NCBI GenBank assembly: GCA_944392155.1
Contig: CALXVR010000003.1
Span: forward strand, 3,059-67,058
Direction of reading: 5' to 3'
Length of the DNA stretch: 64,000 nucleotides
DNA from: an uncultured Alphaproteobacteria bacterium
GTDB taxonomy: Bacteria > Pseudomonadota > Alphaproteobacteria > RF32 > CAG-239
Part shown: in pieces, positions 55,354-64,000 of the stretch
Numbering within the stretch: the first letter of the stretch is position 1
How the letters are laid out: each line of letters opens with the position of its first letter
Notes under the pieces: generated by a model
The model's input: only the letters and a program-made list of their open reading frames with translations
The model's database searches: none
What the model was told of the DNA's origin: nothing
Translations under genes and position numbers: made by a program

Positions 55354-58185
55354 CTATTCAAAGTCTTCTTCAGCTTCCGGTTCGTTGACAATATCATTTA
55401 AATCTTCATCAACTTCCGAAACACTCTCGCCTAAGACTTCGCTTCCTGTTTCTTCCTCAAGCTCCTCATCGTCTCCGGCATCAGCATCAAGCCAGGTTAC
55501 GGAAACAACTTTTTCATTTTCTGCCGTGCGGAAGAGAATGACACCTTGGGTCTTGCGGCCCGCAATTCTGATGTCCTCAACCGGCATACGAATCAATTTG
55601 CCACCATCGGTTACCATCATAATCTGGTTGTCATCTTCTATCGGGAAGGAGCTGACTATCTCTTTGTTGCGGGCAGACATTTCCATATTGGCAATACCTT
55701 GACCGCCACGACCCGTCGTACGATATTCGTAGGAAGACGTACGCTTACCATAGCCCGTAGAGGTTACAGACAAGATGAATTGTTCTTTTTCCTTCATCTC
55801 TTTATAGAGCTCAGGTGTCAAAATGTTCGTCTCACTTGTCTCTTGCTCTGAAACTTCGGCATCATTGCCTCTTTCTGACAAAATACGCTTAATACGCGCA
55901 TATTCGTCTCTTTGTTCTGAGGTGGCATCGCTATGATTCAAAATAGACATAGAAACAACCTCATCACCATCGGCTAACTTGATGCCACGAACACCCGTGG
56001 AATTACGTCCGACAAAGACACGAACTTCCGTTACCGGGAAGCGGATACATTTGCCGCTGCGCGCCGCCAACATAATATCGTTGTCTTCCGTACAAATACG
56101 AACATTTATCAACTTGTCGCCTTCATCCAACTTCATGGCAATCTTACCATTGCTCTGGACATTGACAAAGTCCATTAATGAGTTGCGGCGAACATTGCCT
56201 TGAGCCGTAGCAAACATGATTGACAGATCTTTGCACTCTTCCTCATTCTCCGGCAACTTCATAATTGTCGTAATGGTCTCGCCTTCATCCAAAGGCAACA
56301 GATTGATGAAAGGTTTACCCTTTGAGGTCGGAGAACCGAGCGGCAACTTGTAAACCTTCATCTTGTAAACCAAACCTTTGGAAGAGAAGAACAAAACCGG
56401 CGTGTGGGTTGAGGCCACAAACAGACGGGTTACAAAATCTTCATCCTTGGTCGCCATACCAGACTTGCCTTTACCGCCGCGTTTTTGCGCCTTATAAGCA
56501 TTCAGCGGAACGCGTTTGATATAGCCTGCCTCAGTTACGGTTACAACCATTTCTTCTCTTTGAATCAAAGATTCAATATCCGTGTCATATTCAATATCTT
56601 CAATCTTGGTACGGCGCGGCGTTGCATATTCGTCCTTAATAGCGACAAGCTCATCACGCATAATGCCATACAACTTCTCGCGGCTGGAGAGAATGGACAG
56701 ATATTCCTTAATATCCTCGCCAATGCTCATCAACTCCTCATGAATCTTGTCTCTTTCCAGACCTGTTAATCTTTGGAGTTTCAAGTCCAAAATGGCTTTA
56801 GCCTGAGTTTCAGACAAGTGATATAAGCCATTCTCTACCTTTCTATCCGGCTCATCAATCAACTGAACCAAGGGCTCAATATCTTTTGCAGGCCAAGCTT
56901 TTGCTAACAAAGCGTCTTTAGCATCCTGCGGGTTCGGCGATGTGCGGATAAGCTCAATCACGGGGTCAAGATTCTCCACAGCTAAAGCCAAACCGACCAA
57001 AGTATGCGCACGGTCGCGCGCTTTGTTCAGTTCATAAATCGTACGACGGCGAATGACTTCCTCACGGAACTCAATGAAGGCGGCGATGATGTCTTTTAAG
57101 TTCATCATCATCGGACGGCCACCGTTAATCGCCAACATATTCATACCAAAACTGGTCTGCAACGGTGTGTATTTATACAGCTGATTGAGCACAACATCAG
57201 CCTGAAAATCGCGCTTAACCTCAATAACAACGCGTACACCCTGACGGTCGGATTCATCACGGATATCCGAGATACCTTCAAGTTTTTTGTCCTTAACCAA
57301 CTCGGCAATACGAGAGACCAAAGCGGCTTTATTGACCTGATACGGAATCTCATGGACAATAATCGCCTCTTTATCCTTATGCAGCTCTTCAATCGTGCAT
57401 TTGGCACGCATCATTACCGAGCCGCGTCCGGTATAATAAGCCGACTTAGCTCCGCCGTAACCCAAAATCATACCTCCCGTCGGGAAATCCGGTCCGGGGA
57501 CAATGGAAATCAGGTCATCAATGCTAATCTCCGGATTGTCAATATAGGCACAGCAAGCCGTGATAACCTCGCCCAAATTGTGCGGCGGAATGTTGGTCGC
57601 CATACCTACGGCAATACCATTGGCACCGTTAATCAGCAAGTTTGGATAGCGTGCCGGCAAAACCGTCGGCTCTTGCACCGTTTCATCATAGTTGGGCATA
57701 AAGTCTACGGTTTCTTTATCAATGTCTTCAATCAAGGCATGGGCAACTTTTTCCAAACGGGCTTCGGTATAACGCATGGCGGCGGCTGAGTCACCATCCA
57801 TTGAACCGAAGTTTCCTTGTCCGTCTACCAAGGGCAAGCGCATTGAAAAAGGCTGAGCCATACGAACCATTGCATCATAAACAGAGCTATCGCCGTGCGG
57901 GTGATATTTACCCAAAACATCACCGACGATACGGGCGGATTTACGATACGGGCGGTTATAGTCATAGCCGTTTTCATACATTGAATAAATAATGCGGCGG
58001 TGTACCGGCTTTAAACCGTCGCGGACATCCGGCAGCGCACGCGAAACAATAACGCTCATCGCATAATCAAGATAAGAACGGCGCATTTCTTCCGTGATGG
58101 AGATGGGCGAAATGTCCTCGCCGCTTTCTCTGACCGTCGTAATCTGATTATCTAATTCATTCTCATTATCAATTTCATCAGTCAT
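55354..58185 (-). CDS. gyrA: DNA gyrase subunit A
   Basis: 943 aa. Motifs are [52 protein letters not shown] and [10 protein letters not shown]. The C-terminus is a beta-pinwheel region with a GyrA-box-like QKRGGKG, followed by an acidic tail. Confidence 0.97.
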   Translation of the reverse strand: MTDEIDNENELDNQITTVRESGEDISPISITEEMRRSYLDYAMSVIVSRALPDVRDGLKPVHRRIIYSMYENGYDYNRPYRKSARIVGDVLGKYHPHGDSSVYDAMVRMAQPFSMRLPLVDGQGNFGSMDGDSAAAMRYTEARLEKVAHALIEDIDKETVDFMPNYDETVQEPTVLPARYPNLLINGANGIAVGMATNIPPHNLGEVITACCAYIDNPEISIDDLISIVPGPDFPTGGMILGYGGAKSAYYTGRGSVMMRAKCTIEELHKDKEAIIVHEIPYQVNKAALVSRIAELVKDKKLEGISDIRDESDRQGVRVVIEVKRDFQADVVLNQLYKYTPLQTSFGMNMLAINGGRPMMMNLKDIIAAFIEFREEVIRRRTIYELNKARDRAHTLVGLALAVENLDPVIELIRTSPNPQDAKDALLAKAWPAKDIEPLVQLIDEPDRKVENGLYHLSETQAKAILDLKLQRLTGLERDKIHEELMSIGEDIKEYLSILSSREKLYGIMRDELVAIKDEYATPRRTKIEDIEYDTDIESLIQREEMVVTVTEAGYIKRVPLNAYKAQKRGGKGKSGMATKDEDFVTRLFVASTHTPVLFFSSKGLVYKMKVYKLPLGSPTSKGKPFINLLPLDEGETITTIMKLPENEEECKDLSIMFATAQGNVRRNSLMDFVNVQSNGKIAMKLDEGDKLINVRICTEDNDIMLAARSGKCIRFPVTEVRVFVGRNSTGVRGIKLADGDEVVSMSILNHSDATSEQRDEYARIKRILSERGNDAEVSEQETSETNILTPELYKEMKEKEQFILSVTSTGYGKRTSSYEYRTTGRGGQGIANMEMSARNKEIVSSFPIEDDNQIMMVTDGGKLIRMPVEDIRIAGRKTQGVILFRTAENEKVVSVTWLDADAGDDEELEEETGSEVLGESVSEVDEDLNDIVNEPEAEEDFE

Positions 58186-58371
58186 TAAACATACCTTTCC
58201 ATTTTAAACTGACGTTAATATAGCAAAAACACATTCCTTTCGCTAACTTTTTATCCGACTTATAAACACCATTTTCTCTTCTACGGGCAAAAAAAGCGCC
58301 TTAAAATCGATTTTTTAAAAATCTCAGTTTTCGAAAGTTAACGTCAAATGCAAAATAAGGCGTTTTTAAGC

Positions 58372-58412
58372 GCAAAAAAAAACGGCTCGATTTTGATAAC
58401 CGAACCGTTTTT
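58372..58412 (-). terminator. intrinsic terminator downstream of ssb
   Basis: The minus strand reads AAAAACGGTTCGGTTATCAAAATCGAGCCGTTTTTTTTT (stem with one G-U pair, followed by a long T-run). Confidence 0.7.
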
Positions 58413-58427
58413 GAAAAAATAACCAAC

Positions 58428-58892
58428 TTAGAACGGGATGTCGTCATCCAAAGCTGCAGCATCTGCCGGAGGTGTTGAATCCCAACCGCTACCTGCAGAA
58501 CCAGAAAATACGTCATTTCCGCCAGCCGGAACACCATCACCCCTACCGTCCAACATTACCAGATTGCCGCTGTAGTTTTGCAAAACAATCTCTGTCGTAT
58601 ATCTTTCCTGACCGTTGTTGTCTTCCCATTTACGGGTTTGGAGTTGACCTTCCAGATATACTTTTGAGCCTTTGCGCAGATATCTCTCGGCAACATCTGC
58701 CAACTGAGAGTTAAAAATGACTACACGGTGCCATTCCGTACGCTCTTTTCTTTCGCCGGAGACCTTATCTTTCCAGCTATCAGATGTGGCAATGTTCAAG
58801 TTAACAATCTTTGTGCCGCTGGCGGTGTTGCTGACCTTCGGATCCGCACCCAAATTGCCAACCAAAATGACTTTATTAATACTTCCAACCAT
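58428..58892 (-). CDS. ssb: single-stranded DNA-binding protein
   Basis: 154 aa. The OB-fold N-terminus is [16 protein letters not shown] Gly-rich linker follows, and the acidic tip is LDDDIPF. Confidence 0.94.
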   Translation of the reverse strand: MVGSINKVILVGNLGADPKVSNTASGTKIVNLNIATSDSWKDKVSGERKERTEWHRVVIFNSQLADVAERYLRKGSKVYLEGQLQTRKWEDNNGQERYTTEIVLQNYSGNLVMLDGRGDGVPAGGNDVFSGSAGSGWDSTPPADAAALDDDIPF

Positions 58893-58969
58893 AACAGATT
58901 TTACCTTATTACTATGAATTAAAAACTATCGTGTAATATAATATGAAAAAAATGAGATTAAAACTAAAA

Positions 58970-60088
58970 TCAGTAGACCTGTGTATATTCGCCGGCCTGA
59001 AGTTGATAGATACCATAATTAACTGAATTTTCAGGATTTCCGTTATTAAACATGGTTTCTCCCCAGCTTGTGTCAAGCTTTTGTGTATTTAAGACGGATG
59101 CTAATTTGTCATAGGCAAACGAATCGGCTTTTTCAACTAACTCTTCCCAAAGTTTGACCGCCGAATAACCATAAACCGCCAAGCCTTTGGGCTCAACCCC
59201 CAACAAACGCAACTTGACCAAAGTTTCGGCAAAGTTCGGATTGTCTTTTAAGGATGGCAAACCGATAAAATATGAGCCTTCCGCCAAATCACCCATAATA
59301 CGGTTAAAGTCTTCCTGAGCCTGATATTTATTGGTAAATATCACAAAATCTTTGTTTTCCGACTTCAGCTCTTTGGAGAGCTTGGCTATGTTTTCCGAAC
59401 GTCCTAAGATATAAGCCAAATCTATATTATTCTTAAAGACTGCTTTAGCTAACTTTCCATAGTTATTGTTATAAGTTTCAAAGCTAAAAGCACGAAGCTT
59501 GTCCGCATTTCCGGATTTACGAAATTCTCCTTGAATTGCGGCGGCTATCTCTACAACTTCACGATTATTGCTATCATATACCAGGGCAACTCTTTTATCG
59601 GCAAAGTTATGTTTGTAATAGTTATAAAAGTCTTTTCCTTGTCTATCTTTGTATCCAACCATTTTAACCAAGCCTTTTTGATTTTTGCTTGCTTCCTTTG
59701 CCGACAATGTGGTCGGAATTATCTGAAAAATTTTTGCTTTGGCATAGATGTCGGAAATTTCATCAAAAGCATTATTGCAGTAAGGACCGATGACTAATGA
59801 CATTTTGTCTTTCGGGGAGGTGTTAACCGCCATCATTTGTGCTGTGGAGACAGCTAAGCGGTCATCACATTGGTCATCAACAGTAATCAGGTTTATCTTT
59901 TCGCCTTTTAAGCCACCCTGCCCGTTAATATCATCAACAGCGATGCGAACACCGGAAATAATCTCATCACCCAGAGCTTTATATTCGCCGGCTTTAGGCG
60001 CAATAACAGCCACATTGACATCCGCCAATGCAAAAGCCGGAAGCAACAAACTCAAACCTGAGATTATTTTTATAAAAGTTCTATGCAT
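58970..60088 (-). CDS. periplasmic substrate-binding protein, LivJ/branched-chain amino acid-binding type (orphan; no ABC permease genes nearby)
   Basis: 372 aa with a signal peptide. The segment VNVAVIAPKAGEYKALGDEIISGVRIAVDDINGQGGLKGEKINLITVDDQCD is typical of type I periplasmic binding proteins. Confidence 0.75.
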   Translation of the reverse strand: MHRTFIKIISGLSLLLPAFALADVNVAVIAPKAGEYKALGDEIISGVRIAVDDINGQGGLKGEKINLITVDDQCDDRLAVSTAQMMAVNTSPKDKMSLVIGPYCNNAFDEISDIYAKAKIFQIIPTTLSAKEASKNQKGLVKMVGYKDRQGKDFYNYYKHNFADKRVALVYDSNNREVVEIAAAIQGEFRKSGNADKLRAFSFETYNNNYGKLAKAVFKNNIDLAYILGRSENIAKLSKELKSENKDFVIFTNKYQAQEDFNRIMGDLAEGSYFIGLPSLKDNPNFAETLVKLRLLGVEPKGLAVYGYSAVKLWEELVEKADSFAYDKLASVLNTQKLDTSWGETMFNNGNPENSVNYGIYQLQAGEYTQVY

Positions 60089-60214
60089 ATAATCTAATTC
60101 TTATTGTTCAAACAACCTGTTCATCATATTCAAATCAGTATAAATTGCAACAAAATTTTATTTGCCTTTATATGCACTATTATCTATATTATCTTCAATT
60201 TGAGCGAGGGTAAA

Positions 60215-63028
60215 ATGGCTGAAGAAAAATTTATTGAAATTAAAGGTGCCAGAGAGCACAATCTGAAAAATGTGGATATCAATATTCCTAAAGACAAACT
60301 GACGGTTATCACGGGGCTTTCCGGCTCAGGAAAATCTTCTTTGGCGTTTGATACAATCTATGCCGAGGGGCAACGCCGATATGTGGAAAGTTTGTCTGCT
60401 TATGCGCGCCAATTTTTGGAGCTGATGAAAAAGCCCGATGTTGATTCCATTGAAGGACTTTCTCCGGCTATCTCTATTGAACAAAAGACAACTTCTCATA
60501 ATCCGCGCTCTACGGTTGGAACGGTTACCGAAATCTATGACTATATGCGCCTACTTTGGGCGCGTGCCGGAACACCTTATTCTCCTGCTACAGGTTTACC
60601 TATCGAATCTCAAACAGTTTCCCAAATGGTGGACCGTATTTTGGAGATGCCTTTGGGGACAAAACTCTTGCTCCTATCCCCGATTGCTCGCGGCAAAAAA
60701 GGCGAATTTAAGAAAGAATTTGAGTCTTTGCAGAAACAAGGTTTTCAACGCTTAAAAATTGACGGCGAAATTTATACGATTGAAGACCTACCCTCACTCA
60801 ACAAAAACTTCAAACACGACATTGAGGTCGTAGTTGACCGTATTGTGGTCAAAGACGGCATAAGCGAGCGTTTGGCTCAGTCTTTGGAAACCGGCTTAAA
60901 GCTCAGCAACGGCATCGTGTATGCCGAAAATGCGGACAGCAAAGAACGCACCGTTTTTTCTTCCAAGTTCGCATGCCCCGTTTCCGGTTTTACGATTGAA
61001 GAAATTGAGCCGAGATTATTTTCTTTCAATAACCCGTTCGGAGCTTGTCCGCATTGCGACGGTATCGGCGCAAAGCTTTATATGGACCCAGATTTGATTA
61101 TTCCGAACCCGAATTTGTCTCTCTCTCAGGGAGCTATTGCACCATGGAACACAACGCATTCTTCTTTTTACGGGCAGACGATTAACTCTCTGTGCCAATT
61201 CTTAAATATCTCGCCTTCTACCAAGTGGAAAGATATTCCCGAAGAAGCGCAAAAAGTTATTTTATACGGCTCAGGCAACGTATGCGTTCCGATGTATTAT
61301 TCCCGCTTTATGACCGACAAGCCCTTTGAAGGGGTTATTCCTAATATGGAAAGACGCTTTTTGGAAACGGATTCCGCTTGGGTCAGAGAAGAGTTCTCAA
61401 AATATCAATCCGCGGCACCTTGCGAATTTTGCGGCGGCAAGAGGCTTAAGCCTGAGGCTTTGGCGGTGAAGGTTAACGGGCTTGATATTATGGAAGCTTC
61501 CGAAATGTCTATTAAAAAAGCGCATGAATGGTTTATGGGCGTGGAAAAAACTCTCTCCCCGAAAAAAGCCGAGATTGCACATAAAATCATTAAGGAAATT
61601 GTTGACCGTTTGAGCTTTTTAAATAATGTCGGGCTTGATTATTTGTCACTTAATCGGCAATCAGGAACTTTGTCCGGCGGAGAATCTCAGCGTATTCGCT
61701 TAGCATCGCAAATCGGCTCCGGTTTAACCGGGGTTATGTATGTTTTGGATGAGCCATCTATCGGTCTTCATCAACGTGATAATGACCGCTTATTAGAGAC
61801 TTTAACCAGACTGCGTGATATCGGTAACACCGTGATTGTTGTTGAGCATGATGAAGATGCTATTCGCGCCGCCGATTATTTGGTGGATATGGGCCCCGGT
61901 GCCGGTGAAAAAGGCGGTCAAGTTATGGCAAAAGGCACGGTTGAAGAAGTGCTTAAAAATCCCGACAGTTTGACGGCACAATACTTAAACGGCGAAAGAT
62001 TTATTGCCGTTCCCCCTAAACGCCGCAAAGGCAACGGCAAATTCATAGGGCTTAAAGGCGCAAAGACAAACAACCTTAAAAATGTGGATGTTAAAATTCC
62101 GCTCGGCACCCTCACCTGTGTTACGGGTGTTTCCGGCGGCGGAAAGTCTTCACTCATTTTGGAAACATTGTTCAAAGCCCTTAACAAAGAAGTTAACGGC
62201 AGTCGTGAACCTGCCGGAAAATACGACAAGCTTATCGGGGCGGAAAATATTGATAAAATTATTGATATCGACCAATCTCCCATTGGGCGCACACCGCGGT
62301 CCAACCCCGCGACTTATACCGGCTTATTTACTTATATCAGAGATTGGTTTGCCAACTTGCCTGAGGCAAAAGCCCGCGGTTATACGGCCGGAAGATTTTC
62401 ATTCAATGTGGCCGGTGGTAGATGTGAAGCTTGTAAGGGTGATGGTGTTACCAAAATTGAAATGCACTTTTTGCCTGATGTTTATGTCGAATGTGATGTC
62501 TGCAAAGGCAAAAGATTTAATCGCGAAACTTTGGAAGTTAAGTTTAAGGACAAATCCATTGCCGATGTTTTGGATATGACCGTTGACGAGGCTTATGTCT
62601 TTTTTGACGCCATCCCATCCATTAAAAACAGACTGGATTTGCTACGCAAGGTCGGACTCGGTTACATCCACCTCGGACAACAAGCCACAACACTTTCAGG
62701 CGGTGAAGCACAGCGCATCAAACTCTCCAAAGAACTTTCCAGAAGAGCTACCGGCAAAACCCTGTATATTTTGGATGAACCGACTACCGGTTTGCATTTT
62801 GAAGATATTAATCGCTTGCTTAAGGTTCTGCATACTTTGGTTGACCAAGGAAACTCCGTGGTCGTGATTGAGCATAATCTGGATGTTATTAAGACTGCAG
62901 ATTATATCATAGACCTTGGTCCCGAAGGTGGTGACGGCGGCGGTAAAATCATTGCTCAAGGAACGCCTGAAGAGGTGGCAAAATCCCCTATCAGCTACAC
63001 AGCAAAATATTTGAAACAAAAGTTATAA
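60215..63028 (+). CDS. uvrA: excinuclease ABC subunit A
   Basis: The start is taken at [19 protein letters not shown] (ATG 60215). There are two ABC ATPase modules (GLSGSGKSS and GVSGGGKSS) with LSGGE signatures and zinc-finger Cys clusters ([14 protein letters not shown]). Confidence 0.97.
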   Translation: MAEEKFIEIKGAREHNLKNVDINIPKDKLTVITGLSGSGKSSLAFDTIYAEGQRRYVESLSAYARQFLELMKKPDVDSIEGLSPAISIEQKTTSHNPRSTVGTVTEIYDYMRLLWARAGTPYSPATGLPIESQTVSQMVDRILEMPLGTKLLLLSPIARGKKGEFKKEFESLQKQGFQRLKIDGEIYTIEDLPSLNKNFKHDIEVVVDRIVVKDGISERLAQSLETGLKLSNGIVYAENADSKERTVFSSKFACPVSGFTIEEIEPRLFSFNNPFGACPHCDGIGAKLYMDPDLIIPNPNLSLSQGAIAPWNTTHSSFYGQTINSLCQFLNISPSTKWKDIPEEAQKVILYGSGNVCVPMYYSRFMTDKPFEGVIPNMERRFLETDSAWVREEFSKYQSAAPCEFCGGKRLKPEALAVKVNGLDIMEASEMSIKKAHEWFMGVEKTLSPKKAEIAHKIIKEIVDRLSFLNNVGLDYLSLNRQSGTLSGGESQRIRLASQIGSGLTGVMYVLDEPSIGLHQRDNDRLLETLTRLRDIGNTVIVVEHDEDAIRAADYLVDMGPGAGEKGGQVMAKGTVEEVLKNPDSLTAQYLNGERFIAVPPKRRKGNGKFIGLKGAKTNNLKNVDVKIPLGTLTCVTGVSGGGKSSLILETLFKALNKEVNGSREPAGKYDKLIGAENIDKIIDIDQSPIGRTPRSNPATYTGLFTYIRDWFANLPEAKARGYTAGRFSFNVAGGRCEACKGDGVTKIEMHFLPDVYVECDVCKGKRFNRETLEVKFKDKSIADVLDMTVDEAYVFFDAIPSIKNRLDLLRKVGLGYIHLGQQATTLSGGEAQRIKLSKELSRRATGKTLYILDEPTTGLHFEDINRLLKVLHTLVDQGNSVVVIEHNLDVIKTADYIIDLGPEGGDGGGKIIAQGTPEEVAKSPISYTAKYLKQKL

Positions 63029-63144
63029 TTTTTAATTTGTTTTAAGCAAAAATTAATAAGCGCAGAATATCATTTTAGCATGTAGATGATTATTTTGCGC
63101 TTATGATTTTTTGCCTGAATATTAACTTTTAAAATTATTATATT

Positions 63145-63414
63145 ATGGCTACTTTCTTAATTGTTGCATTGGTTATTTTAATAGCTTTTGCGCTTTACAA
63201 AAAAGCCCCTCTTTATGGATTTTACGACATGCAAACCTGTGTTGATGTTTTGTTAATGGCTATATTCTCTCTGGTTGGGGTGATGAGTCATTTCGGCATT
63301 AATATTTATTGTTTTGTTTTCGGCTTTTCACTTATGGTTTCTGTCGTTTGCTGTTATGGTGTTAAGTCGCGTCATGTTTGCAAAATCGAACAGACGACTT
63401 ATAGACTTTTATGA
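63145..63414 (+). CDS. hypothetical small membrane protein
   Basis: 89 aa with 3 hydrophobic helices. No family recognised. Confidence 0.45.
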   Translation: MATFLIVALVILIAFALYKKAPLYGFYDMQTCVDVLLMAIFSLVGVMSHFGINIYCFVFGFSLMVSVVCCYGVKSRHVCKIEQTTYRLL

Positions 63415-63417
63415 AAA

Positions 63418-63460
63418 AAACACACCTTTATTTGCCGGCCGCAAATGAGGTGTTTTTTTT
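63418..63460. terminator. bidirectional terminator
   Basis: AAACACACCTTTATTTGCCGGCCGCAAATGAGGTGTTTTTTTTT is a long stem flanked by an A-run and a T-run. It lies between convergent genes. Confidence 0.8.
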
Positions 63461-64000
63461 TAGAGTTCCAGTTCAAAATATTCGCAATTGGCAAAGACGC
63501 GTTCGGTGCCGAAATAATGATAATATAAATTATACATTAAGGCACCGTGCGTGGCCACGCCGACCATATCATAAGTGCAATTTTTCTTTATCTCGTTCAG
63601 GGTTTTCAGTCCCCTCTCCGTTGACTGGCGAACGCTCTCTGCCTCAGGGATAGACACATCAAAACGATTGGGATTATTCTCATCTTTGATTGCACTAAAA
63701 ATATCTGCAAATTTTATATGCGCTTCCGCAGACAACATTCCCTCAGCGATGCCATAATGAACTTCTTCCAGACCATCTTGCTCAATGACCTTAGCATTGT
63801 TTGCCTCTGCCACAATCTGCGCTGTTTGTTTGGCTCTGGTCATATGAGAACAATAGATTGCAGGAAGATTGAGCTTTGCCAGCTTATCTCTCAACTCAGC
63901 CGCCTGCATTTTTCCATGCTCATTTAAAGGGCAATCCACCCCTGCTCCTTGCACAATGTTTTTTACATTACCGTCTGTTTCGCCGTGCCTGAAAATTATT
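63460..64000 (-). CDS. histidine phosphatase family protein (phosphoglycerate mutase-like); the extreme N-terminus lies beyond the right window edge
   Basis: The frame stays open upstream of the track start. My translation of 63999 downward gives IIFRHGETDGNVKNIVQGAG.., which contains the catalytic RHGET motif. Confidence 0.8.
   Translation of the reverse strand, partial: IIFRHGETDGNVKNIVQGAGVDCPLNEHGKMQAAELRDKLAKLNLPAIYCSHMTRAKQTAQIVAEANNAKVIEQDGLEEVHYGIAEGMLSAEAHIKFADIFSAIKDENNPNRFDVSIPEAESVRQSTERGLKTLNEIKKNCTYDMVGVATHGALMYNLYYHYFGTERVFANCEYFELEL

Noticed and set aside
58290-58380. Long-range complementary segments (GCGCCTTA .. TAAGGCG .. TTAAGCGC) and the palindrome AAAATCGATTTT in the ssb-gyrA intergenic region, considered as an attenuator or riboswitch for gyrA.
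   Set aside because: The stems are short and AT-rich with very large loops, and no known leader family matches. They are as likely to be a second weak ssb terminator plus gyrA promoter DNA. The region could be revisited with transcript mapping.
60105-60121. GTTC-N9-GTTC direct repeat upstream of uvrA, considered as an alphaproteobacterial LexA (SOS) box.
   Set aside because: The established alphaproteobacterial motif is GTTC-N7-GTTC. The spacing here is 9 nt, and no similar element is seen upstream of ssb. It is insufficient to call.
60104-60214. N-terminal extensions proposed by the ORF track for uvrA (60104). The same applies to SulP (to 11690), proS (17618), anmK (to 21048), rbr (14522), the 21641 ORF, cutA (to 45890), the ATP-grasp gene (42146) and the 44533 gene (to 45111).
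   Set aside because: The extensions are unlike the conserved N-termini of the families. They often start at TTG or GTG and overlap neighbouring genes or terminators. In each case an internal ATG with a Shine-Dalgarno-like sequence coincides with the canonical family N-terminus.

Overview
This is a visibly AT-rich chromosomal segment from a Gram-negative (diderm) bacterium. It is densely coded on both strands, and I recognise about 57 protein genes. The backbone is housekeeping: parC (partial), recO, kdsA, pyrG, secG, tpiA, a PpiD-like chaperone, murE, cspA, proS, anmK, gyrA, ssb and uvrA. The tpiA-secG-pyrG-kdsA order and the GyrA/ParC sequences look alphaproteobacterial to me; this is an inference, not a computed result. 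Accessory and lifestyle genes are interspersed among the housekeeping genes. They include an anaerobe-type oxidative-stress module (flavodiiron protein, then divergent perR-rubrerythrin, with a Fur-family box) and a SulP permease. There is also an RND efflux pair plus cutA and a Chlamydia-like pyruvoyl arginine decarboxylase with an arginine/agmatine antiporter. Others are an OprB-type porin, a 2372-aa autotransporter, a bacterial glycerol-1-phosphate dehydrogenase paired with a HAD phosphatase, and proteins with eukaryote-like domains (ankyrin, EF-hand). Two tight operons of unknown function are the best candidates for an undescribed system. The first is a protease / 7TM-transglutaminase-like / RimK-like ATP-grasp / HD operon at 40.1-43.8 kb. 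The second is a tandem-ParB-like / CgeB-type glycosyltransferase / RelA-SpoT-type HD / secreted ankyrin operon at 21.7-25.1 kb. A 545-bp ORF-free, hairpin-rich interval bounded by two intrinsic terminators (45.0-45.5 kb) may hold an unidentified ncRNA. I saw no rRNA, tRNA, CRISPR array, transposase, integrase or prophage genes. All family calls come from reading the translated ORFs by eye; no searches were run.
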